From: Nemertoderma westbladi
Lineage: Eukaryota; Animalia; Xenacoelomorpha
Reading direction: 5' to 3'
DNA: 64,000 nucleotides
NCBI GenBank assembly: GCA_032718475.1
Contig: JAUCBJ010000564.1
Coordinates: 783 to 64,782, forward strand
The translations under genes and the position numbers were made by a program. The notes beneath the pieces were generated by a model, which was given only the letters and a program-made list of their open reading frames with translations, made no database searches and was not told the DNA's origin. Positions 38,151 to 51,476 of this stretch are shown one piece after another (positions within the stretch are counted from its first letter, which is position 1; every line of letters begins with the position of its first letter).

Positions 38151-39446
38151 TTTTGTCGATAAGCCGGCACAGCATTCTTAAAAATGCAGCTGCAATGCAG
38201 CATGCCGATCCTAGATTCGTATTAGTAGATTTGTAGGCTGTAGGGTAGTCCCTACCGTAGAGGGCACATCAGTGAGGTATATATTATACAAATTAGTGTA
38301 TAGTATTGATCCCAACCGTGAGGTCTCTCACATACTGTTAGCTATTGTAAGTAGGAGATATTTAAAAATTTAAGGTTAGTAAAATTTAGTAATTTGTAGA
38401 ACATCCCCTGCTTCAGTAGGCCTTTAGGGTAGCTAGTAGTTTCGTATTTAATATTTGACTAGCTAATAGTTAGTTTGTAGCATTTGTTTTACGCCGTGTG
38501 TGTGCGGTGTTACTTTCGGTACTTGAAAAGGTACATAGGGTTTAAAGACCAAGTTGTATCGGTACCTAGGAAGATTTTTCGTAGCGTAGAAGTAAAACTC
38601 TCACCTTCAACTTTTCAGGACTCAAGGACTCATTTCTGGACCGCTTCGAGGATTAGACCGCTTTTCGCAATGTTTGGGAGACAAAAAATTCGTCCGTGCT
38701 GCCAAAAACGGAACGACCCACGTCCGGTTTGTATTTGGGAATTTGCACGACTGGAAGATCAAAGGAGCGTAAGTTTTACGACTCGCGTCATTCAAACTTA
38801 AGAAAGCACAGTAGTACTCAAAATTTGTGGGTTTCACTGTCTATTAGTAGTGTTGTTGGTACTTATTTTCCCGTTAGACGTTGCTGTTTTGCCTATTATT
38901 TGTACTTGTTGATCTACATTTTGGAAACGTATACCGTTATCTCATTTATTCATACAAATTTAGCCGGTAGGCTAGATTATTACTTATTTTATTATATACT
39001 TTGTTAGTTTATTTGTACCGGTTAGGGTATATATATGATATATATATATATCAAGGTAAGTTTGACATTTGGACATTTCGACATTTTGACATTTCGACAT
39101 TCTGACTTTGTTGATTTATTTGTACCGGTTAGGGTATATATATACTATATACCAAGGTAAGTTTGACATTTCAACATTCAGATACTTTGACATTTTATTA
39201 CCCGTACTTGACGTATATAATAAGACATGAGTGACACACCACATTCGACTCGATACCCCCCTACCGACTATGACTCGTGCGACCCGGACAGATCGACAGT
39301 AGACGAACCAAGAAGGAGAACCCGAGATTCTACCGATGTCACACCACGTGCATCGCCGGTACGTCGCAACATACGCCGCAACGTGTGGCGACGGCAGAAT
39401 CGAAGATTTTCTTACCGTCCCGCAGACTAGATCGCGGGAACTGGAC

Positions 39447-40153
39447 ATGGTAAGTTCGACTGGAAGCCAGGAGAACGTTATTAGGAGTATAGGAGGACAC
39501 ATGGCCCAGATTACTCGAAACTTCGGAGAAGGTTTTCGCCTTTTACGCGAGTTAACCGCCCCGATGTTGAGATACGAGTTCTACGCCTTACAGGTAAGGA
39601 TAGAAAGTAGGGTACATGCTTCCATAGATAAACTTAAAGGTTTACACGAACTTGCAGAGTTGCGTGGCAACAACTTTTCTCAGGTAAAGATAATCGATAA
39701 GTTGGTAAGTGCGAGGGAAAGCCTCATTCAGTTTAAGTCGGTTGTAGGATCGACTCAGCAAGAAAAACTCTACCAACTGTTAGGTGAGTCAGTTTCAGAC
39801 GCGTTGTTACAACCCGAAGAGGAAGAAGAACTATACTGCCTGGATGGGAGGTTAGGGACGCTCACCAATTTTCTTCGTAGATGCAGAGTACCGATCGAAG
39901 AACCGAAAGTTGTACCGAGAGGGACGACGGAAGTTCTATCTACGGAAGGCTCGCGAGCCTACCAAATTCCACCACTGGATAGATCGTTCGTTAGTGTACA
40001 GAGCGACGTTGGCGACGTTGGCGACGTTAGTAGAACAGCGTCTGGAATTACTCGACAACAACAGGAGGTCGCACGCCGACAACAAGTCGTCGAGGAAGAA
40101 GCGCAACGGCAGATGGCGCAGATCGCCATCGAAGGAGAAGGACAGCGCAGAGA
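39447..40153 (+). pseudogene. BEL-A gag-like N-terminal region, copy 1
   Basis: First long ORF after the leader; near-identical to 45344-46040. Confidence 0.6.
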
Positions 40154-40159
40154 TATTGT

Positions 40160-43100
40160 TGTGAATACAACAATAAGCACTCTTATACTTATATCATAGT
40201 ATTATAATAGACTATATTATCATGTAGTAATACACAGATACACTGACTGAGCAGACATCCTGTCAGTCGTAGTAACACTCACAGTACTGCAGTACCGGTA
40301 AGCTTCCTTCCCTACTCCTAGGCCTAAGTCAGTACACTGGTATATATTTAGTTAATCAGAGTCAGTCATATACAGTAGTAACAATCTCCCCCTAACTAGA
40401 ACAATAGTAAACATATATTAGACAAATATGATAATGAGAGTAAAGAGTTTATTATCAAATAATGATTAAATATATACAACAGTATGAATGATAATGATCT
40501 CCAATCTCCCCCCTTCAAGTTTCAATAGTGTTAATAGTTAGATGTTGAAAAGTTCTAGATTAAGATCATCCTAGCCATGAAGACTGAGGAAGCATACCCG
40601 AACGCAAAACATCTCTCAATAGATATTTTGATGCTCCCTTTTTTGTGAGCGAGTCAGCTAGTTGCGCCTTTCCATCCGTCCAATTGATGTAGAGTTCTTT
40701 ACGTTCCACTTTCTGACGTAGGAATGCTATATCGATTCGCAATCCTCTCTCCTGTATAGCATTGGTTGTTCGAACGGTCGAATAGAGACTTTTGTTGTCG
40801 ATTATACAACATAATGGAAGTCGAATTCCATGGATATCTTGGATAATCGCTCGAATTTCTTCCCCTGCATCGATCCCTTCAACCAAAGCGAGTGTCTCCG
40901 CAGTTCTGCAGCAAGTGTACTTCTCACTACTCTACGGAGCTTTCTACTTTGCCACGTCAGTGGAACACATGTCCCTTTATCATTGACAAGGAAGAGTATA
41001 AATGCTCCTTGCGATGAACCATCTGATAAGTTTGCATGTGAGGCATCAGTGAATAGTTGAAGATGACATTGTTCAACATTCCCCATGTCTGGAAAAATAA
41101 GATCCAGTTTTTCGTATTTCAACTCCTTGATAATCTTATTCGCATAACGAATGTCACCAACAGTAGCATTTTTTATGCAGACACTAATCATACATGTATC
41201 ATATGATACATCAGGTCTCGTATGTGTTGCTAGCCACAATAATTTCCCTAAAATCCCCTTCAATTCTCTCTTCTCAGATTCGGATATTGTTTCTTCTGCA
41301 TAACCTTTGGGTACTGGCATTTCTTTCAGTAATTCTACAAAGTTTCTTTGTCCCACTTTAACACAATCAGCTGTTTGCTCTATATCAAGTCCAAGATATC
41401 TGAACTTTACCTCTTCTTGATGACTTAGCTTGAATATACTGTGAATCCCATTAATAACCTTTCGCTCAAACTCCAAAGTTCCTCCATACATTACATCATC
41501 TACATGCACCACAACTATCCCTGTGATCGTATTATTCTCCCTATATAAGAAAAATGCCGGATCAAATTGTGATACAGTCATGCCATGACAACCTAATTCA
41601 CCCTTCAGACGTTCATACCACATCCTTGGAGCATCACCCAACCCATATACACATTTGTTTAATTTCCATAGTTTGCCTTTATCAAATTCTTTTGGTGGAA
41701 CAATGTATACCTCTCGTGATATGGGATCCCCTTGAAGGAATGCTGCGCTGACATCAAAAGACTTCAATTTCCATCTATTACTCATTACAGTCACTAATGC
41801 CAACCTCAAACTTTCCTTGCTGCATGTAGGAGAATCACACCGAATATCTGCTGTTTCTTCAAAACCTCTGGCACACAACCTTGCCTTAATTGATTTCTTT
41901 CCTTTTATGTCCTTCTCTGTAATAACCCATTTCACCGAAATGCATTCCTGTCCAATATCTTCTACCTCTGAAAACACTCCATTTATTTTCCAATTATCAA
42001 TTTCTTTTTCTTTGGCTCTTATCAACTCTAATTCAGTATAACAGTGACTAAATTCACCAGATAGAGTTTCTCTTGTACCACATTTTCGCTTCACTCCTTC
42101 AAGATACATGACATCATTCTCACCAACACATCCTTCGTCATTATCTGCTATATCAGTACTTCCTCCTTGATTGTCATCTACTTTGACTACTTCTTTTGTT
42201 TTCCAACTGCTTGCATATTCGGTCCAATCCACGCACTTAGCAGACTGTTCACCATTCACTTTTATGTTGACATAATTTTTGTATTTCCCTGTCTGTTTTT
42301 GTTTACTTATAATATCAGCTTCCTTCCACTCATCATCTTTACGAGTCTTAACAAGTACCATTGTTCTATTTTTTGGCAATTCTGTGCTGTCTTTTAATGA
42401 TCCTGTACCTTCTCGCTCTACCTCGGTACTCAAGTTCATATTACTCATATCATTTGTCACCCCATTGTCAATTGTCATTGTTTCAGAAATACTAAGATCA
42501 TTTTGAACCACATTGTCGTTTGTTGTTGTCCTTATCACATTGTCGTTTTCCATTGTCACAGGGTCACTTGCACTTGTAACTTGTCTCAAATGACATGGAT
42601 GCACCCTATAGTACTGAGATTGGTTTTTTACTAATACTGTCTGGCCCTCTTGCCCCAAGACTTTTCCTGGCCCATGCCACCTGTTCTCCTTGCTGGTTTT
42701 ATAAAATACTTTGTCTCCATTTTCATAACGAACATCGTTACTTGTCCTCACCTGGTGTCTCAAAGCTTTACGTATCTTAGTGCTAGATTCAGCTTTAACA
42801 TAGTTTTCACGTGCTTTATGCATTGCATTGATGTTCTCTGCTATCAATTTGCTATATGACTTCCCTTCAAGTGCAGGTAGTTCATCCACTAATATGTTTG
42901 GGAACGTTGGATTTCTACCAAATGCCAATTGGTTTGGGCTATACCCATGCACCATCTGCAGACAATTTTTTGCACTCAGCGCCCAATACAGCGCTGTTTC
43001 GAGGTCACACCCTGAATCCTCATATGTTTTCTCCAGTGTTTCTGCCAACACTGCATTGTGCCGCTCTACCACCCCATTTGAAAATGGCGATTCAGCAGAT

Positions 43101-45343
43101 GACACTTGGATTTCAATATTAAAGTTTTCACACATGTCTCTATAATGACTGTTGGCGAACTCACCCCCGTTATCCGACATGAATTTTCCTGGTGAACCAA
43201 AGCACCACAGCCACGTCTTATATAATCCTTTGATAACCTGTTCCTTGTGTTTTGACTGAATCAGACACGCCCCTGAAAATTTTGTCGCCAAATCTATCAA
43301 ATGCAAAATATATACATTTGGTCGCAGCACCTTTAAATCCATTGCAACTACCTCATTGAAATCCTGAGCCCTTCTTAACCCAACAACTGGCCTCGGTTTT
43401 GGTTTTTTATAACGTTGACACACTTCACATGTCGAACATACATTTTCAACACAATCTGAAATCCTTTTTTCCAATATACCTGCATCACTCAACAAGCTTT
43501 TAATTTTCACTGCATCTGCATGGGCAAACTGGCGATGCAGCTTGACAATATCCTTTCCTAGTTCTGACTCACTTTTCTCACTTAGGGCGGTTGCTTTAAA
43601 AATCAGATTTGGTTTACTGTGTGGAACATCTGATATGGCCCGTCTATAGTTATTTAATGGCAAACAATAATGCCCAGCGGGTGAGATATCCAACTGTAAT
43701 TTTATGCCAAAAACTTCAATAGTATTCTCCAAAAATTTAATAATAGCTCCTGTTTTCCTAAGCGATGTATTACTCAACAACAAAGGAATATCTGCATCAA
43801 CAACATGGCAGTTAATATACACCTTTGTGTGTTTTAGAAATGCTGGAAACCGCACGCACAATAAAGCCGTTATGGGTTTGCCCACCCCAAACTTGAATGG
43901 TGTATAGCTCGGCTTAGATTCCATTTCATTAATCAAGTCATTGTTAAGTGTCTCTTTATACCTGTCCAGCCAATTTCTGCCACAAACATTTTTTGTACAC
44001 CCACTGTCAATCACTGCACAGGAAAACGTTTCCTTTGTCAGATAACATTCTGATACATCCATATCACCATCTTGATTATCCGAACATCCAAAAAATGAGT
44101 AAAAAACATTATCACCACTCTCTGTACCTAACCCTCTGTCAGCATCAGCACTACTGGTAAGCCCATCAGCAACATTGGCACAATAAGCCGTACTTCTCTC
44201 TGTACAATCAGCTGCATAATGCGTTGTACTGTTACAGACAAAACACTGAGTAACATTGCCCCTAAAGTCCATCCGATTTCGCGGATACCTTTGATTACCA
44301 GTAGATCCGCCACTGGCTGCACCCCTATTACTGGCTCCAATCATACTCCTACCTTGACTTTGACCTCTGTATCCACTGTAATATCCCCGTTGAGACCTTC
44401 CTCTGTCCCCCGAGTAACCCCTATTGTTACCCCTACTATATGGGTACCTGCCTCTACCATAGCTTTGGTAATTAAAGAGTGCCTCTTCACTCCCATCCTC
44501 TGTTTTTACTCTTACAGCTTGTTCATTCTCCACTCGTTCTATCACGCTAAGCCTATCACTATCATTTTTTTGCATCAATGTAACATCAAATATTCTCAGC
44601 AATGTATCAGACATACCTTCATAATTAATCTCTGCGGTAGTAGCCAGTGCCAAATCCCGCTTTTCTGACGTCACATTTGCACTTTTTAGCAAACGGTAGG
44701 CTAATACTGGCTCCGGAAGTACAATCTTGTACTTTTTCATTTTTTCCACTAACCTGTCAAAGTCCACAACAAAATCCTTCATAGATATCTCCCGTTTTCT
44801 CACCAAATCTTCAAACTCCGCATATGTCTGGTAGGCCGCCTGAGAATCCTTTTTTAAATATATCTTATCCAGTTTATCAATGATATTCTGTAATCCCTCT
44901 GGCTGCTTCAGTACATCGACACCAAGTTTACCTGCCACATCTCTGGGTTTCCCCTGAAGCTCTAAATAAACAGCCATGCCATGCTTCTGTTTCACCAGGT
45001 TCGTTAGTTCAGCCCAGACCTGAATATCCAACTTCCATCTCTCATAATCATCATTCTCCTTGAACGCTGGTGGCGATTTCCATGACGTTACCGGTGGTGC
45101 TGCCATCGCTCTGCTACCATGTGAATACAACAATAAGCACTCTTATACTTATATCATAGTATTATAATAGACTATATTATCATGTAGTAATACACAGATA
45201 CACTGACTGAGCAGACATCCTGTCAGTCGTAGTAACACTCACAGTACTGCAGTACCAGTAAGCTTCCTTCCCTACTCCTAGGCCTAAGTCAGTACACTGG
45301 TATATATTTAGTTAATCAGAGTCAGTCATATACAGTAGTAACA
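40160..45343 (-). mobile_element. Ty1/Copia LTR retrotransposon, GalEa-like, nearly intact
   Basis: 224-bp LTRs at 40160-40383 and 45120-45343 (one mismatch seen); PBS TGGTAGCAGAGC (tRNA-Met) abutting the 5' LTR; PPT AGGGGGAGAT; domain order gag-PR-IN-RT-RH. Confidence 0.95.
40566..45106 (-). CDS. Copia gag-pol polyprotein with one frameshift in RNase H (~40900)
   Basis: CFVCNSTTHYAADC, AVIDSGC, LHRQFAH..CEVC, SDNGGEF, NGVVERHN, KARLCARGF, VHVDD, FTDAS, QLADSLTK; an 8-nt duplication-like insertion after TLAAE shifts the frame. Confidence 0.93.
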
Positions 45344-46485
45344 AGTTCGACTGGAAGCCAGGAGAACGTTATTAGGAGTATAGGAGGACACATGGCCCAG
45401 ATTACTCGAAACTTCGGAGAAGGTTTTCGCCTTTTACGCGAGTTAACCGCCCCGATGTCGAGATACGAGTTCTACGCCTTACAGGTAAGGATAGAAAGTA
45501 GGGTACATGCTTCCATAGATAAACTTAAAGGTTTACACGAACTTGCAGAGTTGCGTGGCAACAACTTTTCTCAGGTAAAGATAATCGATAAGTTGGTAAG
45601 TGCGAGGGAAAGCCTCATTCAGTTTAAGTCGGTTGTAGGATCGACTCAGCAAGAAAAACTCGACCAACTGTTAGGTGAGTCAGTTTCGGACGCGTTGTTA
45701 CAACCCGAAGAGGAAGAAGAACTATACTGCCTGGACGGGAGGTTAGGGACGCTCACCAATTTTCTTCGTAGATGCAGAGTACCGATCGAAGAACCGAAAG
45801 TTGTACCGAGAGGGACGACGGAAGTTCTATCTACGGAAGGCTCGCGAGCCTACCAAATTCCACCACTGGATAGATCGTTCGTTAGTGTACAGAGCGACGT
45901 TGGCGACGTTAGTAGAACAGCGTCTGGAATTACTCGACAACAACAGGAGGTCGCACGCCGACAACAAGTCGTCGAGGAAGAAGCGCAACGGCAGATGGCG
46001 CAGATCGCCATCTGGAGAAAGGAGAAAGACAGCGCAGAGAGGATGTAGCGAAACTTGCGAAACTTCAAGCGCAGGCTGAGTTCGAAGCATCAGAGATGCG
46101 GAGACTGGAGGAGGACTTAGCGCGAGAAGCGGCCGTGGCGGCAGCAGCCGACGAGTTAGCACGACAGGCGGCAGCTGACGAGCTAGCACGACAGGCAGCG
46201 GCGGCAGCAGCCAACGAGCTAGCATGACAGGCAGCGGCTGACGAGCTAGCACGAGTTGCGGCGGTAAACGCAGCTGAGTTAGCACGGAAGAAAGCAGCAT
46301 CCGACGCTCGTGCCAAGTTCGAGGTGCGACAAATAAACGCTCGTTTAGCTATACAGGAAGCGGAGTTAGCGGTACAACAAAAGGAAGCAGATCAACGCGA
46401 AATGGAGATGCAGCTCCAGTTCGAACTAAATCGCAGATCGCGCGAGGCGGCGAACGCGCAAGAGGACTGTACGCGCTTTTGAAGA
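45344..46485 (+). pseudogene. BEL-A gag-like N-terminal region, copy 2, with AADELARQ coiled-coil repeats
   Basis: ORF 45392-46048 continues through a frameshift and stop into E/A/R-rich repeats; no capsid core or zinc knuckle was recognised. Confidence 0.6.
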
Positions 46486-48379
46486 CCTTTAGCAGTTTAA
46501 CCTGCCAAAATTTATATGTCTTTTGGTTTATAAATAGACTTTTAGTAAATGACAAGTATTTAATACCAATAAACACAACATTAGCCGAAGCCAGCCTAGT
46601 GCGCGTCCATTCACCCGCTGGATATACCCGGGAGACTGGATTCGGAGGGCTTAGATTTTATTATTGCAGTGAAGCCTACTGTATTATTCGATTGATCGTT
46701 AATAAATAATTTCTGACTAATATTATTCACTTTCGGGAAATATTAACAGTTCCTTTAGGACGTGGCGCTCTATCTAGGTAAACAGAGATATGACTTATAC
46801 TAAACACAACGGTAAGGCTTATGTTTCACGTATAAGGCGCATTCTATAGGAAATGCTTTGTTATCAGCCACAATCATACACACTACTGGTACCGCACAAT
46901 ACTGCACACTTATCTGCCAACCGTCAATGAATTTGATCACACATAAAGAGAACAGCAATTGACTCATGTAGTGCCTATCAAATAGCATTAGGTTCACTAC
47001 AAACCACGATAACATAAGTCGCAATTGTTATATGTATCCTGTCTCTCTAACCTGTAGTGTATCAAGAAAATTGGGAAATTTGGGTTCTTTATAGATGTTC
47101 TCCAAATAATAATATTCAACCAACTGATACAAATAATAACAACAGTAAACAGCATTAAGACGGTAGATTAAGATATGATATGATTGTTTGGTTAGTTGAT
47201 AATTATGGCGATAACAGTTATACGTTCTATAATCTACGCCTACTAATGTTTTACTAAAAGTCTGAAACGAATTGACTCTAGAGCCGGTGTTCTTGGCCTA
47301 GATAGAAACAACACAACAGTGACAAGAAAACAGTAAGACTGAACACTCCTAGCACGATCTGTAGAATATCTCCACATCGACAGTAAAAATCGCCCTGATT
47401 GGCTGTTAAGCTAAACAAAGAACCATGTGTCCAATGGCCGTTTCCATGCCAGCAACCAGCTGTTAGATGTCGTAATCTAAATCATCAAGGCTACACTGTG
47501 CTAGAGTATTTGACGCATTGCGGGTTTTGTGCCTTGCCATGTCCGCCAAAGCACACATATAGAAGAATGACTTTTATGTCCGTTAAAACACCTACAACGG
47601 TACTTTGCAGGCAAGGGGACTGATTATACCCGCAAAAGCTTTTACAAGGACCTCGAACTCGACGCGAGAGATAGATCTATAAGGTCTCGAGCTGGACACG
47701 ACTTGTCTGCCCTGGATCGCATGGAGACTCGATATCGCGGAATTCAGAAGCGAATCGAGGAAGGAAGTGTGGGAGCGATAGACCGAGGAGAAGAGTTCGT
47801 CGAGGATTACTGTAAACGTTTTCCCCAAGTTATTCCTATGCTCAAACCCACGACTCTAGTAAAACCGGTTATGGTTGCAAAACCGAAGGAAATATCACCC
47901 GTGCAAGGTAATAGGTTTGTTATGTTGGAATCAATTCCGCAGCCACGAGCGACTTCATCGCCGATTCTCGCAGGTAAGATAAGTAGTCCACCTACTGTAA
48001 GCCGTAGTTTACTTGTAGAGAGAGACGAACCTGCGTTTATGACAGTAAAACAGGTGAGTAAACCATTACAAGTTAAACCTGTGATGTGCTGCGCGAACCC
48101 AGTCATTTATAAACCTACAGTAGAACTTAACTCCGATGTTTTTACTAGACCTCTCACCCAATGTTTATCGAGAGCTACGACTTCGTGGAAGGCTTGCGAG
48201 CCTGCCGAACAACGGAGAGCCGTAGATCCCAGACCACAACGAACTCGACCAAGAATAATACCATACCTAGACAACCAACACCATACCAGAAGGTGCCGAG
48301 ATAAAAATCGACAAGGTTGTCAAGTCCAAAGCGAAAGCCAACGCCAAGGTCAAGAGGAAACAAGGACGGACGAAATCTG

Positions 48380-48822
48380 ATGACCTGGACGCCAGACCTG
48401 ACATTACGCCAGACGTCTCACCAGACACTCGACCAGATGCTTGTACGAATCTTTCACCGGATGTTCCGCGGGAGATTTCACCAGACGTTTCGCCGGATTG
48501 TTCACCAGATTACTCGCCAGACTATTCACTAGAAGCGACACCAGATTGTTCTCCGGATTGTTTGCCAGATTGTTTGATGGAACTCTCGACAGAATGTCTA
48601 CCGGACGTCTCACCAGACTTTCCACCAGACATCTCGACAGATTGTCCACCAGACTTTGGACCAGACTTTAGACCAGACTTTGGACCAGACTTTCTGACAG
48701 AAGTTACGCCAGACAGACATTGGGACCGACGACAAGACATTTCGCTGGATGTTCCGCGCTATGTCTCACCAGACGTCTCTCCAGACTGTTCACCAGACGC
48801 TTCACCAGACTGTCTACTAGAC
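48380..48822 (+). repeat. 12-bp degenerate tandem repeat (CCAGAY core) encoding (S/P)PD repeats at the start of the integrase ORF
   Basis: CCAGAC or CCAGAT recurs at 12-bp spacing. Confidence 0.8.
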
Positions 48823-50691
48823 ACTCCACTAGAAGACCCATTGGAGCGGACTATTAGAAACTTACCGAATTTGACTTCTTTGAACGACAAAGGTGTGGCC
48901 ACAGCGATCACACTCCGCTCGAAGAAGGTACTTGACTTACCACCTACAGGTAAACGTGTGACTAAGGTTAGGAAGCTTACAGGCTCACAGGAACACACTG
49001 GTACTGTAGAGTTGAAACCGTTACTGCCAGTCGACACACTAGGAGCAGACGGTAAAGGTAAGACCATAGAGATTGACATACTTGGGGACTCAGACAAACC
49101 TACCGGAAGGCCCGTGGGCCTACCAAGTCTAGACAAGTATCCACAATACGACTATACCTTACCTGATGACGTCACTAACACTTACGTTGACCGGATAGTT
49201 AACCTAACTAGATCATGGAGTGACGCGTGCCGCAAGTTAGCATGGCTCAAACGTTTGAGACAATATGCCAGAGGCAAACGCGACTTTCCTAGAAGACTTA
49301 CCTTAAAGGAAGTTGGTCATTGTGAAGTTGATATCATTCGCCATTATCAATTGCGATATTTCGCACAAAAGTTCACAGCGATCAACCAAGGTAAACAGAT
49401 TAAGTCTTCACCGATTTTGAGTTGGAGTCCGATTATTTACCGGGGCTTACTTTGTCACAAGTCCAGACTCCAAAACATCGACTTTGCACTAGACTTTAGG
49501 TATCCTATCATCATACCGCAACACCATGAATTACAGCGCACTATGATACTGGACGCACATGTACAACTCAAACACGTGGGTAGACACCACTGTCTATCAC
49601 ACTTACGCTCGAGGTTTGTACTGATTAGACCTAGTAAGGCACTGAGTTCGGTAACACGGAACTGTATGATTTGTAAGAAGGTGCACGCGAGGATAGGACA
49701 CCAAGAAATGAGTAAACTACCACTAGCGAGATTACAGGCATTTAGACCCCCTTTCACTGAGACAGGGATAGACTGCTTTGGACCCATAATCGCGAAACGC
49801 GGAAGGGTACAGGTAAAACGTTGGGGATTGATCTTCACTTGCATGGCCAGCAGAGCTGTCCATATAGAGCGTGTGACAGATTTGACTACCAATGCCTTTA
49901 TCCTAGCCTTACGGCGATTTATCGCTAGACGTGGATTGGTCAAATCCATTTACTGCGACCAAGGGACAAACTTTGTGGGTGCACGGAACGAAATAACCAG
50001 AGCTTTGAGAAAGTTGGACCAAAACCAGATTTCCGAGGAACTACGTCCTCACCGTATTGTTTGGTATTTTAATACTCCAGACAGTCCGTGGAGAGGCGGC
50101 GTTTGGGAAAGGCTGATTGGCTCAATTAAAACAGCTATGGCTAAAGTAGTACCGACGCAACACATTTTGACAGACGACCAACTGACGACGTTACTAATAG
50201 AAATCGAAGCGATTTTGAACACTAGACCGATCGCTTTGATCCCAGACAATAACGACGCACAGTTTGCCTTGACACCAGTGCACCTGCTTATGCAGGCGCC
50301 GACGACATTGTTGCCCGTTTCGGTACCCGTTGATAGCGATGGATACGGCAACAAAGCTTGGAAAATCACTCAATTGCTTGCAAATAAATTCTGGGAAATA
50401 TGGCAGAAATATTATTTGCCCTCTATTTCAACCAGAACCTCTTGGTATCTTAATACCCGATGTTTGAGACGCGGTGACCACGTTTTATTGGCTGAAGCCA
50501 ATCTGAAAAGACGGTTTTGGCTGACTGGAGTCATTTTGACCACGCACCCTACATCTGGTGTAGTGAGAACAGTTACCGTAAGGACTATCAACGGTCGTAC
50601 CGTAGACAGATCTGTACAACGTCTCGTGCTCCTTGAGGAGACTAGAAATGAGACAGGAGACTACAAATCTCCACCCAATATTAGTAAATAG
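48562..50691 (+). CDS. BEL/Pao-type integrase ORF, with no upstream PR, RT or RNase H
   Basis: HVQLKHVG..CMIC zinc finger; PFTETGIDCFGP, KRWGLIFTC, RRFIARRG, YCDQGTNF, PWRGGVWERLIG, EAILNTRP, FWEIWQKYYL. Start codon is uncertain. Confidence 0.93.
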   Translation: MPDCLMELSTECLPDVSPDFPPDISTDCPPDFGPDFRPDFGPDFLTEVTPDRHWDRRQDISLDVPRYVSPDVSPDCSPDASPDCLLDTPLEDPLERTIRNLPNLTSLNDKGVATAITLRSKKVLDLPPTGKRVTKVRKLTGSQEHTGTVELKPLLPVDTLGADGKGKTIEIDILGDSDKPTGRPVGLPSLDKYPQYDYTLPDDVTNTYVDRIVNLTRSWSDACRKLAWLKRLRQYARGKRDFPRRLTLKEVGHCEVDIIRHYQLRYFAQKFTAINQGKQIKSSPILSWSPIIYRGLLCHKSRLQNIDFALDFRYPIIIPQHHELQRTMILDAHVQLKHVGRHHCLSHLRSRFVLIRPSKALSSVTRNCMICKKVHARIGHQEMSKLPLARLQAFRPPFTETGIDCFGPIIAKRGRVQVKRWGLIFTCMASRAVHIERVTDLTTNAFILALRRFIARRGLVKSIYCDQGTNFVGARNEITRALRKLDQNQISEELRPHRIVWYFNTPDSPWRGGVWERLIGSIKTAMAKVVPTQHILTDDQLTTLLIEIEAILNTRPIALIPDNNDAQFALTPVHLLMQAPTTLLPVSVPVDSDGYGNKAWKITQLLANKFWEIWQKYYLPSISTRTSWYLNTRCLRRGDHVLLAEANLKRRFWLTGVILTTHPTSGVVRTVTVRTINGRTVDRSVQRLVLLEETRNETGDYKSPPNISK

Positions 50692-51476
50692 AGATGTGGG
50701 ACCTTTGTTGGCCGCCACATAGACTTACCGTATTTTAGTAATTTAGTATTTGTATTAATGTATGTGCATTTGTAATCCTCTTCACTGTAGATAGAGACAG
50801 CGGTGGAATTCCATTGTCTTTATATGTGAACATGGAGGGTAGTACCCTTATGTATCACGTAGGAGCGGGATTGTGTGTACAGTAGGAATGGAATTCCACT
50901 TGGAACCCACAAGTGAGACAATTTTTCAAAAATTATTAGACAAATCCATTTAGTTGGATTTAAATTTAAGAAAAATGATTCTCCAGTGAATGCGAATTCT
51001 AGAATACAACTAGATAAAAAATTAAAATTGGGGAGGACAAGAGCGGATGGAAGGCTTGCGAGCCTACCGATAAATTTTTTTGGAAAAGAACACCGGCCTT
51101 GTTCTACGTAGTCGTGTCTACTATTATTTAGACCGAATTAATTCTCGACTGCATTATTTCTTTGGGATAGTAGTTTGGGAAATTAAAAGGTGAGTATTTT
51201 AGACTCGCGGCTAGTTTACCCGGAATTCGTTTTATCGGCACATTTTTTGGATTAGGAGCCAGTGCGAAATCACGCGAACCCGAAGTCATTAGGCAAATGG
51301 GTAGGGGTTTTAGAGCAAAGTTGAGCTAAAAGCCGACAAAACTCTAAGTCTCCTCACATCTAACCTCTGTTTGTGCTTCCTCTAGTAGAAACACTACATA
51401 TACAGGGATTCACGCAGGAACAGGAGCACCAGGCACCGTTTAATCATTATGGAGCCAAAACTTTAACGCGTTTGAA

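Larger units (their letters stand above)
29141..38215 (+). mobile_element. 5'-truncated RTE-like LINE fragment (29141-29240, 36364-36656, 38151-38215) inserted in the BEL-A 5' LTR and split twice
   Basis: Rejoined reading PVLLYGSPCWALT..LDGTFTRMLRRVH|CVKYNAHISN..RLRFAGHCFRR..LVLWQP..DRELWR; 11-bp TSD TTCGTATTAGT at 29130-29140 and 38216-38226, single in the intact 3' LTR. Assignment of the last 65 bp is inferred. Confidence 0.85.
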
